From: Candidatus Poribacteria bacterium
Lineage (GTDB): Bacteria; Poribacteria; WGA-4E; WGA-3G
Reading direction: 5' to 3'
DNA length: 64,000 nucleotides
Assembly: GCA_965232545.1 (NCBI GenBank)
Contig: OZ246979.1
Coordinates: forward strand, 2,703,521-2,767,520
A program made the translations under genes and the position numbers. This document shows, piece after piece, positions 8,254 through 19,000 of this stretch. The notes below the pieces were generated by a model, which searched no databases, was not told where the DNA came from, and was given only the letters and a program-made list of their open reading frames with translations. How positions within the stretch are numbered: position 1 is the first letter of the stretch; the number at the start of each line of letters is the position of its first letter.

Positions 8254-10674
8254 ATGTTTGAAAAAATGATGAAGTACCCCATTGACGTTTTCCGAGAGGG
8301 AAATTTCTCGTTTGGGGTACCATTACCAGGGCTTCTGATAGCCGTCCTACTCGTCGCGCTTTTCGTCGCTACAATATGGGCATATCGGAGTACTCAAGGA
8401 CGCATCCAACGCGTCTTTCGGGGTTTTCTCATCTGTCTTCGCGCGATTGTACTCTGCCTGCTTGCCTTCTGCCTCCTTAAACCTTTTCTAACAATTTATC
8501 AAACAAACCCTGATGATTCCTACCTGTTGGTGATGGTTGATCGGTCCAAAAGTATGCAGATTACCGATTCTGCTGATTTAACGACGCGGTTGCACCGCGC
8601 CAACGACTTACTCTTTTCGGAAGAAGAGGGACTGCTTGAAGAACTGAACGCCAAATTCAAAGTTAGACTCTTCGCGTTCGACACTACGGCAAAACGAGTT
8701 CCGAGCGAGACGTTGACTAAATCAGAAGGGGAAAGCACGGATATCCCACAGGCATTAAACGAAGCACTTGATGACTTGCAGGGAATCCCACTCTCGGGTG
8801 CTGTACTGCTAACCGATGGTGTAGACAGAAGTGGTGTTGATATTGCAAAGTTCGCAATGCAAATCCGAGAACGGAAACTGCCGATCCATACTGTTGGCAT
8901 TGGCGCGGAAGAGGGCAACCCAGATCTGGAGCTTGTCAAGGTCGATGTACCTCGGACCGCAGAAGAGGATTTTCCTGTCGAGGTATGGGCAACACTACAA
9001 CGGAAAGGATTCAAGGGAAAGAAGGTAAACATCCAACTAACAAACAACGGACGGGTGCTGAAAACCGAGTCCGTTGATATGGATGAAGGTACCTCTTGGA
9101 TGTCGCAACTCGGTGGAACAGACTCGGTTTCTGATACCAAGACGGAACGCGTCCTGCTTAAATTTACCCCTCGCGAAGCCGGCACCCAAAAATTTGAAGT
9201 ACATGCAGAGTTGGGAGAAACAGAAGCCGTTCCACAAAACAACGCGAAAACATTCTTACTCAAGGTGGCACCTACCAAACGTGTAAAAATCCTATTTGTT
9301 GATGGTAAACCCCGTTATGAACTTGGCTTTATAAAGCGTGCCTTGAAAAATGATCCGAACATCCAATTGACCGATCGGTTTTTGAAAGGCTTCACTACTG
9401 AGGGACGTCCAACATACGGCGGCACCCTCACCGAGGCATTCAATGATTCTAAACTTTATCCGGACGATAAGGAGACGCTCTTTGACTTTGATGCCATCAT
9501 TTTAGGCAACGTGGATGCATCCCAATTTACACTGTCGCAACTGGAAAATACAGTTGAGTTTGTACGCACCCGAGGCGGTGGACTGCTCATGCTGGGCGGT
9601 TCCAGTTCTTTAGGTAACCATGAACTTTCGGGGTCCTATATCAACACGCCGATTGCGCAATGTCTCCCTGTAGAATTGGAGCTTGGATCCGCGCAACCTC
9701 CATTGGCACCGAGGCGACTGGGTAGATCAACCACGAGTTCGCAGTCTATTAGAAACAAGGACTATAAATTGCAACTCACACCGGAGGGGAAAGTCGAAAC
9801 TTTGATGGCTCTGGCGGATATGCCTGTCGAGAATTTGGAACGCTGGCAGATATTACCTGCGTTGAAGGGGTATAGTAAAGTGAAACGCGCCAAAGCAGGA
9901 GCACTTGTTTTGGCAGAGCATCCAACCGATCGGAACGAATCCGGTAATCGAATTCTTATCGCAACGCATAATTACAATGCCGGACGCGTAATGGTATTTA
10001 CACCGCACAGTTCCTGGCGTTGGCAGATGCTACCTTCTCACGAAGATGGGGATCAACGATTCTGGCACCAAGAGGATACTCCTGAACGGTTCTGGCGACA
10101 GGTTGCAAAGTGGTTGACAACTGCTCCGAAGGAGCATATTACACTCAACATCGCAAAAACGGCTTACGCTTTGAAAGAACCTGTCGTAATTGAGGTCACC
10201 GCCACGGATCAACAGTTTCAGTTGACAAACAACGCGAAAATCCGAGCCGTGGTGCTTGATGAAGCGGGGAAACGCAGAGAGTTAAAACTGGAACAGATCC
10301 TCGGGAAAGATGGACGCTACACAGCACGTTTTATTCCAAATCGTTACGGCGAATACACTATCACCGCAACTGGAACCCTTGATGGCAAAAATTTGGGGGA
10401 ACAACAGACTCTTTTCGAGGCAAAAACATCTTACGCCGAGTTTAGTAATGCTGAGCTGAACGTCGCACTTCTCAAAACGCTTGCTGAAGGGAGTGGAGGC
10501 AAGTACTACACCCTGGAAGAAGCCTCTCAACTTGTAAATCAGATTCCGCTTGTCGAAAGTGCAACCTCAAAGATTACGGATGTCGATATCTGGGATATGC
10601 CTCTCATCTTCGGCGCGGTTATCGCGCTACTTGGGTTCGAGTGGTTCTTAAGAAAACGCGGGGGCTTGGTATAG
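8254..10674 (+). CDS. BatA-like transmembrane protein: an N-terminal double-TM segment, a VWA domain, and a class-I glutamine-amidotransferase-like/ThuA-like domain.
   Basis: Two N-terminal TM helices. MIDAS-like motif VMVDRSKSM (DxSxS). A later ILGNVDASQF...GGGLLMLGG segment is typical of the BatA/BatB/DUF4159 architecture. A MoxR ATPase lies nearby. Confidence 0.55.
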   Translation: MFEKMMKYPIDVFREGNFSFGVPLPGLLIAVLLVALFVATIWAYRSTQGRIQRVFRGFLICLRAIVLCLLAFCLLKPFLTIYQTNPDDSYLLVMVDRSKSMQITDSADLTTRLHRANDLLFSEEEGLLEELNAKFKVRLFAFDTTAKRVPSETLTKSEGESTDIPQALNEALDDLQGIPLSGAVLLTDGVDRSGVDIAKFAMQIRERKLPIHTVGIGAEEGNPDLELVKVDVPRTAEEDFPVEVWATLQRKGFKGKKVNIQLTNNGRVLKTESVDMDEGTSWMSQLGGTDSVSDTKTERVLLKFTPREAGTQKFEVHAELGETEAVPQNNAKTFLLKVAPTKRVKILFVDGKPRYELGFIKRALKNDPNIQLTDRFLKGFTTEGRPTYGGTLTEAFNDSKLYPDDKETLFDFDAIILGNVDASQFTLSQLENTVEFVRTRGGGLLMLGGSSSLGNHELSGSYINTPIAQCLPVELELGSAQPPLAPRRLGRSTTSSQSIRNKDYKLQLTPEGKVETLMALADMPVENLERWQILPALKGYSKVKRAKAGALVLAEHPTDRNESGNRILIATHNYNAGRVMVFTPHSSWRWQMLPSHEDGDQRFWHQEDTPERFWRQVAKWLTTAPKEHITLNIAKTAYALKEPVVIEVTATDQQFQLTNNAKIRAVVLDEAGKRRELKLEQILGKDGRYTARFIPNRYGEYTITATGTLDGKNLGEQQTLFEAKTSYAEFSNAELNVALLKTLAEGSGGKYYTLEEASQLVNQIPLVESATSKITDVDIWDMPLIFGAVIALLGFEWFLRKRGGLV

Positions 10675-10788
10675 CAGAAAAATCCGTCATCAACTCACAA
10701 TTTCCGAAAATAAAACATTCAACTTGTCAGGTATAGATTGGCACCGGGAGCTGTTATGGCTCCCTGCTTTTTTGTCAGGATTTCCACT

Positions 10789-10823
10789 TGACAAACCGCA
10801 TCTTAAATATTACAATGCTTCTT
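10789..10823 (+). promoter_or_regulatory. Near-consensus sigma70-type promoter (TTGACA-17 bp-TACAAT) upstream of the Uma2-family gene.
   Basis: cttgacaaaccgcatcttaaatattacaatgc, read directly from the sequence. Confidence 0.4.
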
Positions 10824-10864
10824 ATCAGAAATGCGCTATAAACATCAAAAGAAGGATTAAAGAC

Positions 10865-11431
10865 ATGACACAACAAGAACTCCACGAACTCGCGCAAGGG
10901 AGTCTCGCACCGGAACAGATCTCCATGACATTGGCGGAATTTCTTGAGAACGATATAGATGGATACGAATACGTTAAAGGAGAGTTAGTGCCGATGTCTC
11001 CGCCCACGAGAATACATAGCAAGATTAGCGTCAACGTCATCCGGCATTTGGATCGGCATGTGGATGAGCATCAGTTAGGGGAGGTCCATGTAGAGGCAAC
11101 GTTTCAGGTCGATGAACGTGGACTGAAACCAGATGTGGCGTTTGTTTCAACGCCGCGGTTGGATGGAGATGAAAACATCGGATTTCCAATCCCTCCCGAT
11201 CTGGCGATTGAGGTTGTTTCGCCGTCAGACGTTCAGTGGCGTGTTGTAGACAAAGCGTTCGCTTATCTGGATGCGGGCACACGCCTCGTTTGGGTTCTGG
11301 ATCCCCGCTCTAAAACGGTGACGGTTTATCGTTCTGAAAGCGACATCGCGCTACTCACACTCGAAGCCACTCTCACAGGTGAGGATGTCGTGCCGGGATT
11401 TGCCTGTCCTGTCTCCCAACTTTTCGAGTAG
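10865..11431 (+). CDS. Uma2-family (DUF820) putative restriction-endonuclease-fold protein. The start is refined to the internal ATG.
   Basis: Typical Uma2 N-terminus (MTQQELHELAQ...LAEFLEN...YEYVKGELVPMSPP) and a PD-(D/E)xK-like core (PDVAFV...EVVSPSD). Confidence 0.65.
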   Translation: MTQQELHELAQGSLAPEQISMTLAEFLENDIDGYEYVKGELVPMSPPTRIHSKISVNVIRHLDRHVDEHQLGEVHVEATFQVDERGLKPDVAFVSTPRLDGDENIGFPIPPDLAIEVVSPSDVQWRVVDKAFAYLDAGTRLVWVLDPRSKTVTVYRSESDIALLTLEATLTGEDVVPGFACPVSQLFE

Positions 11432-11526
11432 TTACGTTGAACGAATTTATTATAGTGTAGGCACCCCTGCACCCTACGGAACCTGGCGAGACAGGGGTCC
11501 TCGTCCCACAGGATATACGGAGAATT

Positions 11527-12885
11527 ATGAACAATTCCTATAAAAATGTCATGTTTGTCATCGCCGACGATTGGAGCCGCATCGCGAAATGCTACGGAAA
11601 TGAGGTTATCCGAACCCCGCACATCGATGCATTTGCTGAACGCGGGGTCGTGTTTGACCATGCATTCTGCACAAGTCCTTCGTGTGCCGTGAGTCGCGCC
11701 TGTATTCTCACGGGACAACACAGCCATACGCACGGACAATACGGACACTGCCACGGCATTCACGGATTCCGCACGCACGAATATATGCAATCGGTGCCGA
11801 AAATTCTAAAAGCACACGGATTTGCTACCGCATGCATTGGGAAGAAACACGTTGAACCCGAAAGTGTCTATCCCTTCGATTTTGAACCGAAAGTCGATTC
11901 CCGAAGCCCTGCGGACATAGCAGCGAAAGCCACACAATTTCTCAACGAGAATGCAGATACGCGCTTTTACCTCCATATCGGCAGTAGTTATCCACACCGT
12001 GCTGGCAAAGGATTTGGGAATGACCGGACACATGCTGGCATTCAACCGAGCCCTTATGCCCCAGACGAAATCATTGTACCGAATTTCCTGCCAGACATAC
12101 CCGCTGTCCGCGAAGACCTCGCTGATTACTACGAAAGCGTTTCGCGTTGGGATGCTGTGGTAGGTGCGGTTTTGGAGGCACTTGACGCTTCGGGGCGCGC
12201 AGATGAAACCCTCGTTTTTGTTACGACCGATCACGCGATGCCATTTCCGGGCGCGAAGGCATCCAGTTTTGATAGTGGACATCACTGTCCACTGCTTATT
12301 GCCAGTCCGACGCAACAGAAACGCGGTTTCCACAATCAGGCACTCGTTAATTGGGTAGATTTCTGTCCAACAATGTTGGATTGGTGTGGCGTTGCACACC
12401 CCGATGGAACAGAGGCACTTCCGGGTAGATCGTTGCTCACTGTCTTGGAGGACGATAACCCACATCCGGGCAACGGTGCCTGGGAGGAAACGTATTTTTC
12501 TCACTGTTTCCATGAGGTGACGAACTACTATCCATATCGCGTGCTACGCGGTAGACGGTATAAATACGTCCGTAATCTGGCATACCAACTGGAGACCCCT
12601 CTCCCAAGCGACCTGTTCCGTTCAATCTCATGGACAGCGGTGCGGAACGACAACGTTCAGCAACTCGGTGAGCGACAACGGACCGACTTTCTACAGCAAG
12701 GTCGTGAGGCTTTGTATGATATGCAGAACGACCCAGCGGAGTCGCAAAATCTCATTGATGTGCCAGAATTACAAAACACAGCCAACGAAATGCGTCAAAA
12801 GGTCATCGAATTCCGTCAGAAAACCGAGGATCCATGGCTTGAGCAGTCCTTTCAGGAAGGTGAAACGCAACCTTTTTTCACTTAA
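11527..12885 (+). CDS. Sulfatase (arylsulfatase / N-sulfoglucosamine sulfohydrolase family).
   Basis: N-terminus VMFVIADDW. The active-site region CTSPSCAVSRACILTGQ is CxPxR-like, with Val in the Pro position. Family-typical length of 452 aa. A cognate FGE maturase is encoded at 28527. Confidence 0.85.
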   Translation: MNNSYKNVMFVIADDWSRIAKCYGNEVIRTPHIDAFAERGVVFDHAFCTSPSCAVSRACILTGQHSHTHGQYGHCHGIHGFRTHEYMQSVPKILKAHGFATACIGKKHVEPESVYPFDFEPKVDSRSPADIAAKATQFLNENADTRFYLHIGSSYPHRAGKGFGNDRTHAGIQPSPYAPDEIIVPNFLPDIPAVREDLADYYESVSRWDAVVGAVLEALDASGRADETLVFVTTDHAMPFPGAKASSFDSGHHCPLLIASPTQQKRGFHNQALVNWVDFCPTMLDWCGVAHPDGTEALPGRSLLTVLEDDNPHPGNGAWEETYFSHCFHEVTNYYPYRVLRGRRYKYVRNLAYQLETPLPSDLFRSISWTAVRNDNVQQLGERQRTDFLQQGREALYDMQNDPAESQNLIDVPELQNTANEMRQKVIEFRQKTEDPWLEQSFQEGETQPFFT

Positions 12886-13043
12886 ATAGCAGTCAGCAAA
12901 GAAGCAGTCAGCAGTCAGTAATCAGCAATCAGGCACAAGAGATTTTGTTAAATGAGAACCTCTTAACCGACGGCTGAAAGGGTTGCGTAGCAATCTGGGG
13001 AAACATCTAAGCAAAACATCTGACGGCTGATAGCCATTAAAAA
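12886..13043 (+). repeat. Intergenic element family B: a stop-proximal NNTCAGC heptamer microsatellite, then CACAAGAGnnTTTGTTAAAyGA, then GATAGCCAyTAAAAAAATG.
   Basis: atagcagtcagcaaagaagcagtcagcagtcagtaatcagcaatcagg cacaagagattttgttaaatga ... gatagccattaaaaaatg. Related copies are at 63714-63815 (before nuoK) and, microsatellite only, at 4731-4765. Confidence 0.6.
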
Positions 13044-14036
13044 ATGAAAAATTACGATTTAGAAGCGATGAATGCCCGCATCCAAGCCGATAGTGGGCTT
13101 ATACAGCAGATCCTCACAGAGACAGGAAAAGTTATCGTCGGGCAAAAGGCGTTATTAGAGGGGTTGGTGATAGGGTTGCTCTGCAACGGGCATATTCTAC
13201 TTGAAGGCGTACCCGGACTCGCAAAGACGACTGCTGTGAGTGCCCTTGCCCAGACGATTGATGCTTCTTTTAGCCGTCTGCAGTTCACACCCGACCTGCT
13301 CCCAGCTGACCTCGTTGGTACACTCATCTACGATCAACAAAAGGGTGATTTTTACACGAAAAAAGGACCGATTTTCGCCAACATTATCCTCGCAGACGAG
13401 ATAAATCGTGCACCTGCCAAAGTGCAAAGTGCCTTACTTGAAGCGATGCAGGAACGGCAAGTAACAATTGGCGGGACGACCTATCCACTTGACGATCCGT
13501 TTCTCGTTCTGGCGACCCAAAACCCGATTGAGCATGAGGGCACCTATCCGCTTCCCGAAGCGCAGATGGATAGATTTATGCTAAAGATTAAGGTTAACTA
13601 TCCTTCGCATTCAGAGGAATTGCAAATTCTCCGACGAATGACGACCGAAGAGATATCTTCCATTCAACCCGTGATTTCCCCAGAAGATATTATCCGATTC
13701 CGAGAGGTCGTCAGAAACATCTATATGGCAGAGCAGTTAGAGAATTATATTGTCGATTTGGTGTGTGCGACGCGCGCGCCGGAAGCGTATCAGTTAGATG
13801 AACTCAGCACGTTAATTGAATACGGTGCCTCACCGCGTGCGACCATTTTTCTTGCCTTTGCGGCGAGGGCGCGAGCATTTCTCTCTCAACGCGGTTACGT
13901 TACCCCTGAAGACATCCATGCAGTCGGCATGGATGTTCTAAGACACAGGGTCATCATCAGTTACGAAGCAGAGGCGGACGGACGTGACGTTGAAAGTATC
14001 ATTTCGCAAGTTATCGCAAAGATTGAAGTGCCTTAA
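13044..14036 (+). CDS. MoxR-family AAA+ ATPase.
   Basis: Walker A GVPGLAKT, Walker B ILADEINRA, and the MoxR-typical length and C-terminal domain. Confidence 0.85.
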   Translation: MKNYDLEAMNARIQADSGLIQQILTETGKVIVGQKALLEGLVIGLLCNGHILLEGVPGLAKTTAVSALAQTIDASFSRLQFTPDLLPADLVGTLIYDQQKGDFYTKKGPIFANIILADEINRAPAKVQSALLEAMQERQVTIGGTTYPLDDPFLVLATQNPIEHEGTYPLPEAQMDRFMLKIKVNYPSHSEELQILRRMTTEEISSIQPVISPEDIIRFREVVRNIYMAEQLENYIVDLVCATRAPEAYQLDELSTLIEYGASPRATIFLAFAARARAFLSQRGYVTPEDIHAVGMDVLRHRVIISYEAEADGRDVESIISQVIAKIEVP

Positions 14037-14040
14037 ACGT

Positions 14041-15285
14041 CTATTCCTCTGTCTGTCCCGCGACAGCCGATGCCCGTGCTCCTACGCCAAGGACTGCTAA
14101 GAAACCTTCTGAATCGGCGTGATCGAAATCGCCAATCGCCTCCATAGACGCTGTCTCTTCAGAATAGAGCGAATGCGGTACTCCGCCTGTGGCATAGAAC
14201 GCGACGTTCCCTTTGTAGAGTGCAACTGTAACGGTACCACTCACTAAGTGAGTGATCGGTTCAATAGAAGCCAATAGTGCTCGTGTCGCCGCATCAAACC
14301 AGTACCCTTGATATATCTGTTCCGCAATCGTGACGGCTACGTCATCAAAATGTCGGCGAGCACGTCTGTCTAAAATCAGCTGCAGCAGAAACTCGTAACA
14401 CGTGCCAAGCAATTCCATTCCCGGAGATTCATAAACACCACGACTTTTAATCCCGACAAATCGGTTTTCAACGGTGTGAATGCCGATCCCGACACCATTG
14501 CGTCCACCGATATGATTTGCGTCTAATAGACTTTGAAGCGGTGTGACGGGACTCCCGTTAACCTCAACAGGTGTCCCGCGTGCAAAGGTGACCGTAAAGT
14601 GCTCCACGTCATCAGGAGCGTCTTTTGGATGGACACCCATGCCCGGGGTAATAAAACTTGCCGGAGTTTTCAGGGACTCAAGCCGTCCGGCTTCATGTGT
14701 AAGTCCCAGCAGATTCGCGTCGGTTGAGTAAGGTTTTTCGTGTGTAGCAGTAATCGGTAGGCTGTGCGCTTGGCAGAAGTCTATCATCTCTTTCCTGCCC
14801 CCGAACACTTTGAGGAAGTTCGGGTCTCGCCAGGGTGCATAGACAGCAAAGTGTGGATTGAGCATATTGGTAGCGAGTTGAAACCGCACCTGATCGTTGC
14901 CTCTACCGGTTGCGCCGTGCGTTAAGATAGCAATGCCGCGTTTTTCCATCTCTGGCAGGAGTGCTTTCACGGTGACATGTCTTGCAATGCCAGTCGTATT
15001 CCAATACCCACCTTCATACATGGCTTGACCCTGGACGAGGCGGATGCCTGCTTCCGCAAGGGCATCTTTCGCGTCGACAATAATAGCATCCTCAGCCCCG
15101 CATGCCAACATCCGTTCCTGAATTTCAGAAACGTCCTGTTCGTCAGGTTGTCCGAGGTCCGCCGTAAAACAGACGACCTTGACCCCGTTATCGACCAACC
15201 ATTTCGTGATGGTACAACTATCTAAGCCACCCGAAACAGCTGCACCAACCGTTTTTCCTTTTAATGTATCAATATTCAAAAGCAA
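14041..15285 (-). CDS. argG: Argininosuccinate synthase.
   Basis: PP-loop AVSGGLDSC, full-length 414-aa conservation, and ArgG-typical motifs such as YEGGYWNTTG. Confidence 0.9.
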   Translation of the reverse strand: MLLNIDTLKGKTVGAAVSGGLDSCTITKWLVDNGVKVVCFTADLGQPDEQDVSEIQERMLACGAEDAIIVDAKDALAEAGIRLVQGQAMYEGGYWNTTGIARHVTVKALLPEMEKRGIAILTHGATGRGNDQVRFQLATNMLNPHFAVYAPWRDPNFLKVFGGRKEMIDFCQAHSLPITATHEKPYSTDANLLGLTHEAGRLESLKTPASFITPGMGVHPKDAPDDVEHFTVTFARGTPVEVNGSPVTPLQSLLDANHIGGRNGVGIGIHTVENRFVGIKSRGVYESPGMELLGTCYEFLLQLILDRRARRHFDDVAVTIAEQIYQGYWFDAATRALLASIEPITHLVSGTVTVALYKGNVAFYATGGVPHSLYSEETASMEAIGDFDHADSEGFLAVLGVGARASAVAGQTEE

Positions 15286-15406
15286 TCTCCAAAGTATTGT
15301 GTATTAAACTATGATGGAATTATACCACTTTTTGGGGACGCTTGCAAAGCAATATTGAGACATCTAACAAAGATGTATTTGACAATTTATCGCTTTTATC
15401 TAACTT

Positions 15407-15450
15407 CGGTGTCTACATCCCAATCCTTTAGGTTTGGGATGTAGACACCG
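15407..15450. repeat. Perfect 17-bp inverted repeat (hairpin) in an AT-rich intergenic region.
   Basis: cggtgtctacatcccaa-tcctttaggt-ttgggatgtagacaccg. No flanking U-tract, so it is not a classic terminator. Confidence 0.5.
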
Positions 15451-16074
15451 CCCTCTTGGAAAGGACCAAAACGTTCATTTTTCCCTTGACATTCAGTCTA
15501 AAATGTGGTTTCATATGAGTGTATTCGGCATTGGTTGTGAGTTGTTGCACTGGTATATTGCTTGATATTCAGACAACTACGTAAAAGCCTCATACACCTC
15601 ATAAATATCTAAAATATGCTTGACATGTGTTCGGGAAATCCAAGTCATGTTGTATCCCACGAGAATGTAAAAGGTTAATAGCCTTTCATAACACATCAAA
15701 ATGTTCGTAAGGCACTTCGGTGCGGGGTTGGGATAGTGTCCCTTGTGCTTAGGCATAATAAGACTTTCGTTTTTGACATTCTCAAAACAAAAGCAATGTC
15801 GTTTGAAGCCACGAATGCTTCTGTAAAGAAAAACAACTTTGCAGAAGCCCAAGTCTTTAGGCTTGGGTCTATCACAGTATAATGGTTTCAACCGTGTGAC
15901 GTCCCTACTCCATCTGGAGCAACAGACCCGAGAAAGGGAAGGTAGCGAAATCCTTTTCCTTCACCGTCTCACAAACGGCGTTAAGTTCGCAATTTTCACA
16001 CGACTTTCTCAACTCGTTTTTTTACGGTTCCTGAAAACCCAATAACCTACGTTTTCTGATGGAGATCCCCTCAC

Positions 16075-19000
16075 ATGGAATCTGTAAAGGACATCATCCA
16101 GCAGTGCCATGAACGACGAGGAAAAGAGTTGCACCAACGGGAGACGATTGTCTCACCCACATTGCACGGTGATTACCCTTACCACTATATTGTTTATTGT
16201 GCGCGTCAGTATCCGTTGCTTTTGCATGACCTTGAACAAGCAGATATTTCGTTCATGCCGATTGGACAGGCACCGGAATTTGATCGGGGTCCAGTGTACT
16301 GTGGCGGCACTCGCTTTTTAAGACGACAAGGTACATCCAACTGGGAACCGAGACGATGGTTTTCGTCCTGGGGCATTCAGGTCTACACAGGAACGCCATC
16401 TGCGCGCGACGGCGCGAACTGGCACGACATCGAATTCACCTACAGAGCGATCCGAGACGCACCTGATGCAGTTGTTGCATGTGTGGACGCGCTCGTCAAC
16501 GCCGTTATGAATCCGCTACTCACCTTACTTAAGGGTGGAGGTTTGCGGTTTTCGTGTCGAGTGCCGGACTATCTTCATCCGAATACTATGGATGCCAAAC
16601 AGTATGTTCATAAGCATCTACCTGATACAAACCACCATCACGATCGTGATGTGTATGTTAGGATCATTGGGGATAAAGACTTTACTCGCTGGGATGCTCG
16701 CTACGAGATTCTTAAGGGCAACCTATTAGACCCGCCTATCATTTCCAAAGACGTGCTTTTTGCGTTTCTTGATGTCCTACGAGAGTTACTACATGAACCT
16801 GCCCCGACATCGGAATTAGATACGACGGATGAAGTGCTCGTGGATACACAGAATTTCGACGATTTCGGTGTCATAGAATCGTTAGAAACAGAGCACGTTG
16901 TGAATGAAAATATTCTTGCGGTACGACGCGGTGAGGTAAGTCCGATCGGAATGAAACGACCAAGACCGCTCCTTGAAAAAGTGGAACCCGATGCAGCGAC
17001 AGATGAGAGAAACTTCTCTGAAGGCGAGGAACGTATTCTTGGGCTTGTGACGGGTTCTATAAGCAGTGAAAAAAAACGTGAAATCGAAGCCACGTTTCTT
17101 GATACCGCACCTATATGGATCAACGCTAATACCCCACATGATGCCGAAGAGGCAGAACGGTATTATGAAGGATTGGGTGTTTCAGTAGCACGTTGGAAAC
17201 CGAGAAACTATCGTTGGGGGCAGGCGCAGTGGATACCGATTGCTGAACGGATGCAGAACCCCTTTGCGTATCAGAACCTCTGCGAAGATGCCAAAAGATG
17301 TGATGCATTGGAACAGAAGGGCGGTGACCCAAATAAAAGTATCTGCCCGAGTTGTCCCGTTTATGACGCGTGTCAAGAACGCGGGTATCTTTCTCAATTC
17401 GAGACGCTCAAGGAGAAGCAGGTCATTGTATCAGAAATTCCGAATCCCTTTCTGGATCGACGGTATGCGGCGTTTGTAGATGCGTTGATTGTTCCCAACC
17501 GGACCTGTATCATGAATGATTCCGAATCCCAACTCACGAAACTCTTTTCAAAGTATCATCTGTCCTCCGAAATCCTTGAAGGCTGGCTCATTAATTGGAG
17601 TGGTGCGGTGTTGGGTCAATTCGCGAAAACAATGCTGAACGCTATTCGAATTACAGACAGTCAACATGGTGATATCGCTAAGCGAATTCGCACTGTTGTT
17701 CAAGCGTTTGAAGGGTTAGAAAATAGCATTGTTCAGCAGATGAGCCAGGTCACTTGTACAGATAAAGAGGGTAGCAGGATTGCAACAGATACTGATAGTG
17801 CGATCCAGTCTGGGATGTTGGATATATCGACCCCAGAAAACATAGCGAAGATTCCAAATGTGTACCGCGACCCGGAGTGGACGTTATGGCATCAGTTGAA
17901 GACATTTTTTGCGTGTTACACGCGCGATATCGATGCGCCGATGTTTGTCGATGACGGGATTTTGCGGTTCTGGTTACCACCAAGGATTCATCAAACAATT
18001 CAGAAGCTTGTGTTCATATCGCCAGCATTCTCAGAAGATTATTTCAAAGAAGCGTTTCCTGAAAAGACTGTTTCGGTGAGGCGGGTTGAATCGCAAAAAA
18101 CATCGCTTTCAGGGAATCAGGCTTTTCAGTTGCGGAGTGCGCCGCATATCTCCTATGCAATCGCAAACTATGAGGTTAATTGGGACGTGTTTAGCCTTTC
18201 TGAAATTGCGAGTCGATTTTTTCGCGGCATCCATCAAGAAATGAAGCGGCATCCAGATCGCAATCATGTCGTTATCTCGAGCACAAGCACAATGGTGATG
18301 CTGAAAAATGTTTTTGATAACATTATTAGCTACCACAACCTCATCAAAGACACCCCGGCACACTCTGAGGATTTGCGATCCACTTTTGAAACTGCTGACG
18401 TTTACGACAACCGCATCAACGCTCTACGATCCATCTTTGAGGCTGCTGATGTTGTCTGGATCGTTGGCACACCCTATTGGCCCCCACAATTCATCTGGGA
18501 ACAAGCGAAAATACTGTTTGGAAACCAAGCGGAGCCATTAAATTATAACTTGACAATGAACCCTTATCAATTTGAAGATGAACGGATACAGGAACTCTAC
18601 GAACAGAATGCTGTAGGCACCCTGACACAAATTATCCATATCGCTGGATTCAATGAAGTATCAGATAAAACGTTGATTCTCAATACAGCTTTGCGGATAC
18701 CCACTGTCACCGAGGCACCAGAGACGGAATTGTTCGATTGGGAAGACTTTGAAATCGCTGACGAATTGGATGAACTTCCAGAGACGATTCGGATACGCGA
18801 GGGGTATGAGGCTGAATACGCGGACATAGATGCCTCTTGGTGTCGAGAACGCGTTGAATATTTGCTCGGAGTTTCTAAGTCGCAAGCGAATCGTATCCTG
18901 ATGAGGGTGAGGGGCAGTAAAATCGAGCGGATTCCATTTCACGTGCAGATTTTTGAACTGCTCTTGGATGGGGAGAAAACAACATCTGAAATCCTTGAAT

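Noticed and set aside
8520-9278. 252-aa antisense ORF inside the BatA-like gene. Similar long antisense ORFs lie within ccmF, the methyltransferase and the TBDR genes.
   Set aside because: Ser/Thr/Pro-rich low-complexity translations typical of the antisense frame of GC-balanced genes. The sense-strand ORFs have clear domain signatures.
15577-15891. 104-aa minus-strand ORF in the AT-rich gap.
   Set aside because: Strongly AT-biased codon usage unlike neighbouring genes, no homology features, and it lies in a region interpreted as a noncoding junction. Left uncalled.
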